Shown here: positions 18,391 through 27,634 of the stretch, piece by piece
Numbering within the stretch: the first letter of the stretch is position 1
Layout of the letters: each line of letters opens with the position of its first letter
DNA from: Candidatus Bathyarchaeia archaeon
GTDB lineage: Bacteria; Patescibacteriota; Microgenomatia; PFEM01; JAFGMK01
Reading direction: 5' to 3'
Assembly (NCBI GenBank): GCA_035529595.1
Contig: DATKWK010000035.1
Coordinates: 113,067 to 177,066, forward strand
DNA length: 64,000 bases
The notes under the pieces: model-generated
Told to the model about the DNA's origin: nothing
Database searches by the model: none
What the model saw: only the letters and a program-made list of their open reading frames with translations
Made by a program: the position numbers and the translations under genes

Positions 18391-19283
18391 TAATTTTTTT
18401 GTGCTGCCCTGAGTTTTGCACTTCTACTTCTTGGGTTTTTTTCTCTTTCAAGACGAGAGGGTTCAATTGGCTTTTTTGTTAATACAATCAAATTATTCAG
18501 TTTGCTTTCCTGCCGAAAAAAATCTTTAGCTAGCCTATCTTCTAAAGAGTGGAAACTGATGACCACCAGCCGTCCTCCTTTTTCTAACAGTCCCAGAGTT
18601 TGGCTTAATCCCTGCGATAAATTCTCCAGCTCGTTATTAACTACCATCCGTAATGCCTGAAAACAGCGTGTCGCCGGATGACGCGTTCGTTTCACTCGTG
18701 AAGCCGGTATTACCTTCCTGATGATCTTTGCCAAATCAGAACTTCTTTCAATAGGTTTTTTTTTACGGTATCGGCAGACTGCTCGGGCAATAGGCGCTGA
18801 AAAGGATTCCTGGCCAAACTCTGAGAAAAGCTTTTTTAATTCCTTTTCGCTCAAATGATTAATTAAGTCACTGGCGGTAATCCCAAGCTCCGGATTCATT
18901 CGCATATCAAGAAAATCATCATCCTGGAAAGAAAATCCTCTTCCGGAAGTTTTTAGCTGATATAGCGATACGCCCAAATCAAAAAGGATACCGGCTACTT
19001 GATTAAAACCACATCGACAAGCAAGATCATTTAAATGAGCAAAATTACCGCGTTCTAGTTTCCAGTAGAAAGCGCTTGGAGGGCAGGCAGAAACCAAGCG
19101 CTTTCTACTGAAAGCTAACGCTTGAGGATCCCAATCAATACCTAAGACTTGACCTCCTTTTCTTAAAATTTGTTCGCTGTGACCCCCTCCGCCTATAGTT
19201 GTATCAATGTATCTTTTTCCTTTTCTAACGTTAAGAAAGCGGATTGTTTCCTCAACTAAAACTGGCTCATGAAATTTTATCAT
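18390..19283 (-). CDS. rsmH: 16S rRNA (cytosine1402-N4)-methyltransferase RsmH/MraW
   Basis: 297 aa. 'HEPVLVEE', 'DTTIGGGGHS', 'DLGVSLYQL'. Confidence 0.9.
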   Translation of the reverse strand: MIKFHEPVLVEETIRFLNVRKGKRYIDTTIGGGGHSEQILRKGGQVLGIDWDPQALAFSRKRLVSACPPSAFYWKLERGNFAHLNDLACRCGFNQVAGILFDLGVSLYQLKTSGRGFSFQDDDFLDMRMNPELGITASDLINHLSEKELKKLFSEFGQESFSAPIARAVCRYRKKKPIERSSDLAKIIRKVIPASRVKRTRHPATRCFQALRMVVNNELENLSQGLSQTLGLLEKGGRLVVISFHSLEDRLAKDFFRQESKLNNLIVLTKKPIEPSRLEREKNPRSRSAKLRAAQKN

Positions 19284-19410
19284 CTGTCTTGCGTATCTTT
19301 TTCTTAGGCTTGTCTTCTCCCGCAGTCGTGTCTTCCAAAAGCCTTTCCAGTTTTTCTCTCATTTGCTGACCATTAAGACGAACCAATCGACCTCCCCTCC
19401 TTAACTTTCT

Positions 19411-19812
19411 TTAAAACTTGTCTGCTTCAAGAGAATTAAGCTGTTTTTGCCAGCTATCTTGCTTCCAGATTTCAAAATGATCGCCGGCACCAACCACAGT
19501 CACGCTTGTTTCGATCCTGGCATAATCCAACAGGAACTGGGGAATCACTACTCTCCCTTGAGAGTCAAATTTAGCCACCATTGCCCCGGAAAATAAATAT
19601 CTTCTTATCGCCCGACCCTTTTCTTCCGTAATTGGCATTTCAATTTGTTTTTTAGAAGCTTCTTCCCAGGTCTTTTTTTCATAGCCGAAAATGCAATTCT
19701 CAAATCCGCGAGTCAAAACCACCTTATTTCCTGAAAGTAAGCCTCTGATTCTTTTAGGCAAGGCAATTCTTCCTTTACCTAAAAATTTAATCTGATATTC
19801 ACCAACAAACAC
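19411..19812 (-). CDS. mraZ: transcriptional regulator MraZ
   Basis: 133 aa starting from GTG (MFVGEY). Duplicated MraZ half-domains with 'KGRIALP' and 'QGRVVIP'. GGAGGA Shine-Dalgarno at 19816-19821. Confidence 0.85.
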   Translation of the reverse strand: MFVGEYQIKFLGKGRIALPKRIRGLLSGNKVVLTRGFENCIFGYEKKTWEEASKKQIEMPITEEKGRAIRRYLFSGAMVAKFDSQGRVVIPQFLLDYARIETSVTVVGAGDHFEIWKQDSWQKQLNSLEADKF

Positions 19813-19955
19813 CTATCCTCCAGTCAACTATTAGACATTTTCACCACTTCGTTCCATTTTGTACCAATTAAAACCAGGCTGTCAAGGGGCAAAATTAACT
19901 GACTCTGCGTCATCCACACCAGGCAGCTTTGGTACAAAGTGAAAAAGTTTCTAAG
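19813..19955 (-). promoter_or_regulatory. upstream region of mraZ (expected dcw promoter region)
   Basis: 143-bp intergenic region 5' of mraZ on the minus strand. Contains GTGG-type motifs (GGTGTGG, GTGGTG) and the SD GGAGGA. The promoter call is by position only. Confidence 0.3.
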
Positions 19956-20696
19956 TTATCTCAAGATAGAAGCAAAAACACCTACTCCATCAACTTTATT
20001 TCCTTGAAGCCTTTGCCAACTCCTACTATCCCAATAATAGACAGATTCTCCTTCCAGCTCCATTATGCCATTATTGATCTTAGCTGAACCGGAGGTAAAC
20101 ACTCCATATGGTCCGGTGACTATTTCTCCCGCAAGTTCTGCTGGTAAGCCAACAGTTGGCATAATCACATAGAACTGACTTTTGGAAAAATCGGCCATAA
20201 GAGCAAACCGGCCGTCAATAGAAACTAGTTTGTCCATCTCTTGTCGAAGAGAAAAATCACTATTAAATCTTCTCGTTCCGCCTGTTCCGTCTAAGCGGAT
20301 GGTTATTGTTCCACCGGAAACGCCCTCATGGTAACGGTAATGACCGCTTGATTCAGTCCCTAAAAGTATTCTTTTCTCATAACTATCTCCCTCTAGTTTA
20401 AAGGGGCCACCAACAGCCCCTTGACTCAAACCGTCGGCAGTGTCGTAAGTTAATTCGTACTCCAATGAATCCGCCGCCTGAATACGAGTTATGTCCAAAC
20501 TTAACCAATGGCCGTCGACGGAGGGAGTCAGAGAAATAAAAGGCCTTTCTGCCAGAGAAACTTCAACATAAGTTTTTGGCGGTTGAGTGGGAAGAATTTC
20601 CTCCTGTTTAGGGCTACCCCTTAACTTTTGATATCCCAGGACAGCCAAAATAATAATTAGGCTTAAAGTTACTAAAGCGATAATTATCTTTTTCAT
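19956..20696 (-). CDS. hypothetical membrane-anchored/exported protein
   Basis: 246 aa. N-terminal signal anchor 'KKIIIALVTLSLIIILAVLG', Gly/Thr-rich beta-type domain. No recognisable family. Confidence 0.45.
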   Translation of the reverse strand: MKKIIIALVTLSLIIILAVLGYQKLRGSPKQEEILPTQPPKTYVEVSLAERPFISLTPSVDGHWLSLDITRIQAADSLEYELTYDTADGLSQGAVGGPFKLEGDSYEKRILLGTESSGHYRYHEGVSGGTITIRLDGTGGTRRFNSDFSLRQEMDKLVSIDGRFALMADFSKSQFYVIMPTVGLPAELAGEIVTGPYGVFTSGSAKINNGIMELEGESVYYWDSRSWQRLQGNKVDGVGVFASILR

Positions 20697-20736
20697 AAAG
20701 ACTCCTTTTTTGATAAAGACGTCGTCCGAGGCGGTA

Positions 20737-22131
20737 TTAGGTTAGTTTTTTTTGAAAATAACCGGTTAGTACCTGACTCCCCAACCGTTTCTGTTTCATA
20801 GTATCTCTGTCTCTTACCGTCACCGTCTGATCCTTTAAAGTCTGATAGTCAATCGTTATACACCAAGGCGTTCCGATTTCATCCTGTCTTCTGTAGCGCT
20901 TACCAATATTACCAATATCGTCCCAAGCGGTTCTGAAATTTTCTTTTAAATTTTCATAAACCTTTCTTGCTTTTTTCACAAGTTCAGATTTATTAGCCAA
21001 AAGTGGAAAAACAGCGATTTTATAAGGAGATATTGATGGATCGAGAGATAAAACTACCCGGAGTCCGTCCTTATCTTTTTCCTCACGATATGCCTCACAT
21101 AATGTTGCCAAAAAACTTCTGTCTATGCCGAAAGTCGGCTCAATCACATGCGGGACAAATTTCTCTCCAGTTTCTCTATCGGTATAGCGCATATCAACCC
21201 CTGATTTTTCCATGTGGTTTCTTAGGTCGAAATCTGTTCGATAAGCCACCGCATAGAGCTCCTTAAAACCAAAAGGAAACTTATAATCTAAATCCTCTGT
21301 TCTCTTTGAATAATGAGCCCTCTCTTCATCTGAGTGAGGCCGCCATCTAAGATGGCTTTCCTTAAGCCCTAAAATCTCGCTCGCCCACCGCCAAACTTCT
21401 TTTTGCCAATAAGTGAAAAGTTCCTGCCAATTATCTTTCTTGGGATTGAAAAAGTATTCAAATTCTGCCAAATTAAACTGTAAGGTCCGAAAGACGAAAT
21501 TTCCCATTGTAATTTCATTACGAAAGGCAATACCCGATTGGGCCAGTCCAAAAGGAAGTTTAGGGGAAAGGGAATCCAAAACAGCTTTGAAGTTTACAAA
21601 CATTCCTTGGGCAATCTCCCCGCGCAAATAAGCCAAATTTTTTTCTCCGGCGATGATACCGATATGCGTTTCAAACAAATTGTTGAATAGCCGACCTTTT
21701 GTCCAGGAAAATTTCTGGCAGTTAGGACAGTTGATTCGATTTTCATCAATTATCTTATCCATTGCCTCAGGCAAAAACCCTTCGACTTTAATTTGCTTCC
21801 CGCTCCGGGCAAAAAAGTCCTCAATTAAATGATCGGCTCTAGTTCGATACTGACATTTTCGGCAATCCAATAAGACTTCGTTAAAACTTTCGACGTGGCC
21901 TGATGCTTCCCATACTTTACGGCTCATAATCACCGCGGATTGAAGGCCATAAATATCTTCCCGACGACTGACAAAATTCTGCCACCACAGATTGTTAACA
22001 TTTCGCATAAGTTCTACCCCCAATGGACCATAGTCATAAGTATTGGCTAAACCACCGTAGATTTCCGAGCCGGGAAAGACATAGCCTCTTCTTTTACAAA
22101 GCGAAACGATCTTTTCCAGTTTATTTTCCAT
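20737..22131 (-). CDS. glyQS: glycine--tRNA ligase (alpha2 class II type)
   Basis: 464 aa. 'RRGYVFPGSEIYGGLANTYDYGPLGVELMRN' is the canonical dimeric GlyRS N-terminus. Confidence 0.9.
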   Translation of the reverse strand: MENKLEKIVSLCKRRGYVFPGSEIYGGLANTYDYGPLGVELMRNVNNLWWQNFVSRREDIYGLQSAVIMSRKVWEASGHVESFNEVLLDCRKCQYRTRADHLIEDFFARSGKQIKVEGFLPEAMDKIIDENRINCPNCQKFSWTKGRLFNNLFETHIGIIAGEKNLAYLRGEIAQGMFVNFKAVLDSLSPKLPFGLAQSGIAFRNEITMGNFVFRTLQFNLAEFEYFFNPKKDNWQELFTYWQKEVWRWASEILGLKESHLRWRPHSDEERAHYSKRTEDLDYKFPFGFKELYAVAYRTDFDLRNHMEKSGVDMRYTDRETGEKFVPHVIEPTFGIDRSFLATLCEAYREEKDKDGLRVVLSLDPSISPYKIAVFPLLANKSELVKKARKVYENLKENFRTAWDDIGNIGKRYRRQDEIGTPWCITIDYQTLKDQTVTVRDRDTMKQKRLGSQVLTGYFQKKLT

Positions 22132-22687
22132 ATTGAATCCTTTTTAATACATCTTTACTTTTTAATCTTTTCTCAACGACCTCCTCAATATAGTCCGAAA
22201 GACTTCCCGGCTTATCTCTTAGTTGCTTCGGAACGCCAAAACCTAGTCCATCAAGCATTTTTTCCTCAAATTCTCTTATCAATTCGCTTAAACTGGTACG
22301 ATCTCCGATTGCCAGCAAGGATCTTCTTAAAAGAGAAAAGACACCGACATTTTGCTGGGATTCGGCCGTCAATTTATCGACCAGTTCAGTTAGATAAAAA
22401 GCTACCCCTACCCTAATTAAATTACGCCGCCAGGATTTAAATGAATCTTGTAGTTCGACTTCAGTGATTATATCAAGATTTCTTCCTTTTGCCAAAAAAA
22501 GGTTGACCTGATTAAAAAGCTCAAGATTGCCCCCTTTGCGGCTATTGATCTTTCGGACCCCTTTGGCCAATACATGTATTTTACCGTAATGTTTGGAAAA
22601 GATTGTCAAGATCTTGTCCGCTTCACTAAAGTTAATCCTTTTTAAGATAATGGCTTCAGTTTTGTAACTAGCCATAAAAACTATCAA
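22121..22687 (-). CDS. recO: DNA repair protein RecO
   Basis: 188 aa. N-terminal OB-fold region 'YKTEAIILKRINFSEADKILTIFSKHYGKIHVLAKGVRK' matches RecO. recO-glyQS adjacency is as in Firmicutes. Confidence 0.7.
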   Translation of the reverse strand: MIVFMASYKTEAIILKRINFSEADKILTIFSKHYGKIHVLAKGVRKINSRKGGNLELFNQVNLFLAKGRNLDIITEVELQDSFKSWRRNLIRVGVAFYLTELVDKLTAESQQNVGVFSLLRRSLLAIGDRTSLSELIREFEEKMLDGLGFGVPKQLRDKPGSLSDYIEEVVEKRLKSKDVLKRIQYGK

Positions 22688-22744
22688 CTAGTTTTATAAC
22701 TCTACCTGGAATAAAAACACGGCAATCCATCTGCCGTCTCAAAC

Positions 22745-24703
22745 CTAAAAAATAAATTGAAGCTCCTTATCTGAATCAAGATCAAATACCTCAGATTGGT
22801 CCAGATAATTCACCCCGTATTCGTATGAGGGCGTTCCCGGTTGTTTTTGAACTAAAAGGCGATACTGACCTCCATCATTGACTTTAAAAGGTAGGCGATA
22901 TTTAAAAGTCAGTTTTAGACTACCTTCGGGACGAAGTGAAGTCGCTGGCGTCTTTCCAAAGAAACCCTCAAAAACCGTTTTACCCAGCTCTTCGTAAACC
23001 TTAATCTCCACCTCAGAACCGGAGAACTCAAGCAGTTGGCTGCCCTTAGGAACAAAAATCCGAAACCAATCCCGATAGTACCCGTTGAGACAAAGCTCCC
23101 CTTTCTCTAAGTTACAGTTTGAAGGAGGTGCCGGATTTTTGTAATCGACAGTGACTTTTTTTAACAAAGAGCCATCCGGTTCCTTACTGATTTCCTGAGT
23201 AACTTTTTGTCGAATGTACATATTTGACTTGGCACCGGCGAAATTACAATCGTTAAGGTAAAAATAGTCGCCTTCGAACTCTTTAATCCTTCCTCCGGCA
23301 TTTAAAGCCTCAACCGCTTTTTGAAGGTCTTCATTGAAAAAATAGAAAAGCAAATGTTTTTGCTGGATTGAAGTTAGGAAGACATTAAAAAATTGAGGCC
23401 AGGTCTTCCGAGGCGATCCCATAATATTTGATAATATCGAGTGCATCAGGGGACCGATAATCCCCTTCCGTTCCTCACGCTGAGTACTAACCGGTTGGTC
23501 AGCGTACTTCTCAAGTTCATAAAATACTTGAGGGCAATCACACCGAGGATCAATTTCGGCAGAAAAGTTTCCCCAACCTGAGACGCCAATTTTTCCTAGG
23601 ACTTTGAGGACTTCTACTAACACCTGGGTATCCAAGGCGATAATTCCGTCCACTTCTTGGCTGTTGGGAATCTGACGGTAGTTTTCCCAGAAAGTTTGCA
23701 TCGACTTGGTAAAATCAGCAGACAAATTCATATCCCTTAAATGCCAGTAGCGAACATCAGGTAAATACTGCAAGATCGGTTCAGGCGCTTTCAATCGGTC
23801 CCCGAATTGCTTGTCAAGGCTGTAGATATCGTGAGAGGAAAGGGGTTTAAAGTTACCATTATGAACCGAAAGAAAGGCATAAGCAGTCATAAAACCACCG
23901 CTGGGACGAAGTTCGGCATCATTCTGAAAGAGCAAAAAATAAAGCTTTTCCTCAGGAATTCCCAATAAAGGTTTAAGATAACTGACGATCGGTTTTATCT
24001 CGTCAAGAATATTCGACAGGTTATCTACTAAGGCAACTAATTCTTCCATTCTTTTTCTTATCTTCTTTCCAAATAATTCCTCCGGGTAACGACCAGTGTC
24101 GATTTGATCAATTTCTTTTTTCGCTTCAACCAATTTTTGGTTTATCTGATCGAATTGAGGGCTGATTTTATCGAGAGTGTCCAAAATCAGTACCAGTCTT
24201 TCTTCAACCGTCATTGGTCCTAAATCCTGCTCCTTCTTATTTTGCTCAAAACCAAGCAGGTCATAGTAAGGCATCAATGCCTGATTGGCAACCTCAGCTG
24301 CTTCAAGGAGGTACTTACTGCTACTGATCAAATGATATCCATCCTGGTAATAGCGATTAACATAAGGGATGAGCCTTAAAAGAGCCAGTTTCTGATAATC
24401 TTTCTCCATTTTTTCCACTGACTGGTAAATTATCTTAAGCTGGTCAAATGCCTCGGGGAATTTTTGATCGTTTAATGAAGCAGAAACCTGATTCAGTTGT
24501 TCCTCCAAAAGGTTGATATCGTCTTTCAGATGCATCGCCGGCAACAGTAAGAAACTGGCTAGAATAATGACCAGTAAACTAACTAGACCGCCTCCAACCA
24601 GAAGCGGTTTTTTAATGTTTTTCGTTTTCTTTTTGAATCCTGACTCTCTTGCCTGTTTTCCGACAAGGGCTGGCTCTTCTTCTGTAAATTTGATCTTTTT
24701 CAT
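22745..24703 (-). CDS. large hypothetical extracytoplasmic protein with N-terminal membrane anchor
   Basis: 652 aa. Basic N-terminus then a TM helix 'LLVGGGLVSLLVIILASFLLL', a long coiled-coil-like region, then a globular C-terminal domain. Family not recognised. Confidence 0.45.
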   Translation of the reverse strand: MKKIKFTEEEPALVGKQARESGFKKKTKNIKKPLLVGGGLVSLLVIILASFLLLPAMHLKDDINLLEEQLNQVSASLNDQKFPEAFDQLKIIYQSVEKMEKDYQKLALLRLIPYVNRYYQDGYHLISSSKYLLEAAEVANQALMPYYDLLGFEQNKKEQDLGPMTVEERLVLILDTLDKISPQFDQINQKLVEAKKEIDQIDTGRYPEELFGKKIRKRMEELVALVDNLSNILDEIKPIVSYLKPLLGIPEEKLYFLLFQNDAELRPSGGFMTAYAFLSVHNGNFKPLSSHDIYSLDKQFGDRLKAPEPILQYLPDVRYWHLRDMNLSADFTKSMQTFWENYRQIPNSQEVDGIIALDTQVLVEVLKVLGKIGVSGWGNFSAEIDPRCDCPQVFYELEKYADQPVSTQREERKGIIGPLMHSILSNIMGSPRKTWPQFFNVFLTSIQQKHLLFYFFNEDLQKAVEALNAGGRIKEFEGDYFYLNDCNFAGAKSNMYIRQKVTQEISKEPDGSLLKKVTVDYKNPAPPSNCNLEKGELCLNGYYRDWFRIFVPKGSQLLEFSGSEVEIKVYEELGKTVFEGFFGKTPATSLRPEGSLKLTFKYRLPFKVNDGGQYRLLVQKQPGTPSYEYGVNYLDQSEVFDLDSDKELQFIF

Positions 24704-24713
24704 TTTTTCCTCC

Positions 24714-25337
24714 TTACCAACGGGACAGCATTGCCTTAGGAGTCTTGATTAAAATTTTGATATCTTTCCAAATTGATCGTAACCGGGAATAATTCGCATC
24801 CATTTTAGCCCGCTTCAAAAAGGGAACCTCATTACGGCCAGAGGTTTGCCAGGGCCCGGTTATCCCTGGTTTTGCACTGAGAATCTGTTTCATTAACGGT
24901 CTGACCTGAGAATATTTTTCCAGCTGTTCCTTAATCTCTTGAAAACGATATGCTCGCGGACCGACAATACTCATTTCGCCTTTTAAAACGTTCCAGATCT
25001 GGGGAAATTCATCAATCGTAAAAGTCCGCATAAACATCCCGAATTTAGTGATCCTTGGATCCTCTTTCATACCTAATTTCCAATCAGACTCTTTAAATTT
25101 TCTCAATAATTTTTTATCTCTGGCAATAATCTCGTCCGCATTAACAACCATGGAACGAAACTTAAATAGAGTAAATTCCTTGCCGCTTTTACCGATTCTT
25201 CTCTGGCCATAAAAAACCGGTCCAGACGATGTAAGCTTAATAATTAAGGGAACAACTAAAAAAATCGGAAAAAAGATAGCCGTTAATAAAAGCGCAATCG
25301 TTATATCCAATATCCTTTTCTTAAATTCATAGGACAT
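24714..25337 (-). CDS. small monotopic phosphoglycosyltransferase (PglC/WbaP C-terminal type), initiating polyprenyl-phosphate sugar-1-phosphate transferase
   Basis: 207 aa. 'KRILDITIALLL', 'GPVFYGQRRIGKSGKEFTLFKFRSM', 'DEFPQIWNVLKGEMSIVGPRA', 'KPGITGPWQ'. Confidence 0.85.
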   Translation of the reverse strand: MSYEFKKRILDITIALLLTAIFFPIFLVVPLIIKLTSSGPVFYGQRRIGKSGKEFTLFKFRSMVVNADEIIARDKKLLRKFKESDWKLGMKEDPRITKFGMFMRTFTIDEFPQIWNVLKGEMSIVGPRAYRFQEIKEQLEKYSQVRPLMKQILSAKPGITGPWQTSGRNEVPFLKRAKMDANYSRLRSIWKDIKILIKTPKAMLSRW

Positions 25338-25361
25338 ATTTGTGCTATTTTACAGGCAATC

Positions 25362-26483
25362 CTAAAGATACTCAAGCCGTCTTGCTTCTTTGAGCTTATT
25401 AACAATTTTTTTTACCTTCTCTGCCTCTTTGCGGTGGCAAATAAGCAAGGCATCCTCCGTATCGACGACAATCAAATTATTCACTCCAACTAAGGCCAGT
25501 AAGTGATCATTAAAATGAATCAGGTTGTTTTTCGATTCAAAAACAACATAGCCCCCTTTTTTACCATATTTAATAATCGCGTTACCATCGCTGTCCTTAC
25601 CAGATCGCTGATAAACGACGTCCCAATCACCGATATCGTCCCAACTAAATGAAGCCGGCAACAGGACTAAATTGTCAGCTCTTTCAGAGACAGCATAATC
25701 AATTGATATATCTTCGGCGTCTTTGTAAATCCGACGGACTATCGCCGCTTCGCTTGCTTTTCCCATCGCCTGCTGAAAACGCTCTACTAACTTAGCCAGT
25801 TCAGGTGCAAAACGTTTGATCGTTTTAATGATCACCGACGCTTTCCAAGTATAAAGACTGGTATTCCAATAATAATTACCTGAGTTGAGAAAAATTTGCG
25901 CCTTATGATAATCAGGCTTCTCAGTAAAGGCCAGAACCCGGTAAACAGCTTTTTTCCCGGCTAACATTTCCTTCTTACCCACTTTGATGTAACCAAAGCC
26001 GGTATGGGGAAAAGTCGGCTTGATTCCTACCGTGACAATCTGCTGGCTATCGTAAGCGGTTTTGGCTGCCAAGTACATATCTTGCTCAAAGATATTTCTA
26101 GGCGAAACGGCATGATCCGAAGTGAGGTTAATAATAACCGCCTCCGGATCCTTGGCAAAAATATTAACCGCTCCCATGGCCATCGCCAGAGCTGTATTTT
26201 TAGCCATCGGCTCGGCGACAATATTGCGCAGAAGCAAATCTTTTCCTTGATTTAAGACATTGTCAATATAGTCATAAGAGGTGACGATATAGATTTTGTC
26301 AGTAGTAGTTAATTTTTTTGCCCGAGAGACTGTTTGCTCAAAAACAGTGCTGTCGCCAAAAAGATCGATAAATTGCTTGGGCGTTTGTTTTCTCGATCGA
26401 GGCCATAACCTCTTCCCGCCACCACCACATAAGATGCAAACAAAGAGATGCTTTTTTAGTTCTTCTTTTGATATTCCTGCCAT
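25362..26483 (-). CDS. sugar-1-phosphate nucleotidyltransferase (mannose-1-phosphate guanylyltransferase-like)
   Basis: 373 aa. 'VCILCGGGGKRLWPRSRKQTPKQF' is the nucleotidyltransferase G-rich loop. Confidence 0.7.
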   Translation of the reverse strand: MAGISKEELKKHLFVCILCGGGGKRLWPRSRKQTPKQFIDLFGDSTVFEQTVSRAKKLTTTDKIYIVTSYDYIDNVLNQGKDLLLRNIVAEPMAKNTALAMAMGAVNIFAKDPEAVIINLTSDHAVSPRNIFEQDMYLAAKTAYDSQQIVTVGIKPTFPHTGFGYIKVGKKEMLAGKKAVYRVLAFTEKPDYHKAQIFLNSGNYYWNTSLYTWKASVIIKTIKRFAPELAKLVERFQQAMGKASEAAIVRRIYKDAEDISIDYAVSERADNLVLLPASFSWDDIGDWDVVYQRSGKDSDGNAIIKYGKKGGYVVFESKNNLIHFNDHLLALVGVNNLIVVDTEDALLICHRKEAEKVKKIVNKLKEARRLEYL

Positions 26484-27634
26484 TTTGTCTCCACTATCTT
26501 CTTAAAATTTAATAAAAATTTTTGCTCATCAAAACTGCTGGCGTTATTGATGCATTTAGTCTTCGAATATACCTTGCCGCGAGAGTCTCTTACCGCTTTC
26601 ATTAATGCCTCTACAGTCTGAGGATAAAAAAACTCCCCGGTTTCGCCTTCAATAATAGTTTCTAAGGCGCCGCCCTTTTTATAGGAAATTACCGGTTTAC
26701 CGCATGCTTGAGCTTCCAAGGGAACCAAGCCAAAGTCTTCTTCTTGCGGACAAATAACAGCTTTGCAACCATAATAGTAGCGCAAAAGGTTTTCCTCTGT
26801 CAAATAACCTAAGAACTCGATGTTTGATCCGGCAAATTTTTTTAATTCATTAAGTTGGGAGCCGATACCGACGACTTTTAGAGGCAATTTTAACCGGTTA
26901 AAAGCCTTAATCGCCAAATCTATTCTTTTATAGGCAACAAGCCTGGAAACGATCAAATAAAAATCACTCGCTTGAATTTTTAAGTTTTCATTTCGAATTT
27001 TGAATTTACCAAGGTTTATCGGTGGATAAATAACCTCGGCATCGCGATGGTAATATTTTACAATTCGCCGTCGGACATTATCCGAAATTGTCAAATACAA
27101 GTCTGGTCTTTGAGCAGCAGTTTTGTCCCAGAATAATAAATAAGGTCGAAAAGTACGGAGACTGGTTCTAGCAAGAAAGTCTAGCTTGCCAAAGCCGGGA
27201 CAACTAAGATAAGCGCTATAGGCGCTCCAGAGATAGCGTGTCGGCGTTAGGCAATAACAAATATGCAAGGTATCCGGCAGAGTGATTATTCCTTTGGCTT
27301 CCGCGCTGGTAACCGTAATTACGATATCAAAATCCGAAAAATCGAGTAGTTCAAAAGCGACCGGTGTTAGCCAAGGGTAAAATTCATGATGCCTTCTGGC
27401 GAACGGCAGCTGTTGCAGAAACGAAGTTTTAACTCTGAATTTATTAGCCCAAGGCGCCTTCTGTTTATCACAGACAGCCGTGTATAAAGGAGCATCGGGA
27501 AAGATTTTTTGCAGTGCTAAAAGAATCCTTTCCGCCCCACCCCACTTATTGACCCGATCATACACCAGGGCAACTCGACAATTATTCAGTCTTAGACGGT
27601 CAAAACTACTGGGCTTCTTTCGTAATAGATTCAT
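26456..27634 (-). CDS. glycosyltransferase family 1/4 (GT-B)
   Basis: 392 aa. C-terminal 'DFGLVPLEAQACGKPVISY' (EX7E-type motif). Confidence 0.75.
   Translation of the reverse strand: MNLLRKKPSSFDRLRLNNCRVALVYDRVNKWGGAERILLALQKIFPDAPLYTAVCDKQKAPWANKFRVKTSFLQQLPFARRHHEFYPWLTPVAFELLDFSDFDIVITVTSAEAKGIITLPDTLHICYCLTPTRYLWSAYSAYLSCPGFGKLDFLARTSLRTFRPYLLFWDKTAAQRPDLYLTISDNVRRRIVKYYHRDAEVIYPPINLGKFKIRNENLKIQASDFYLIVSRLVAYKRIDLAIKAFNRLKLPLKVVGIGSQLNELKKFAGSNIEFLGYLTEENLLRYYYGCKAVICPQEEDFGLVPLEAQACGKPVISYKKGGALETIIEGETGEFFYPQTVEALMKAVRDSRGKVYSKTKCINNASSFDEQKFLLNFKKIVETKWQEYQKKN

Noticed and set aside
20697-20736. Rho-independent terminator downstream of glyQS
   Set aside because: Only a weak GACGTCGTC palindrome without a following U-tract on the minus strand.
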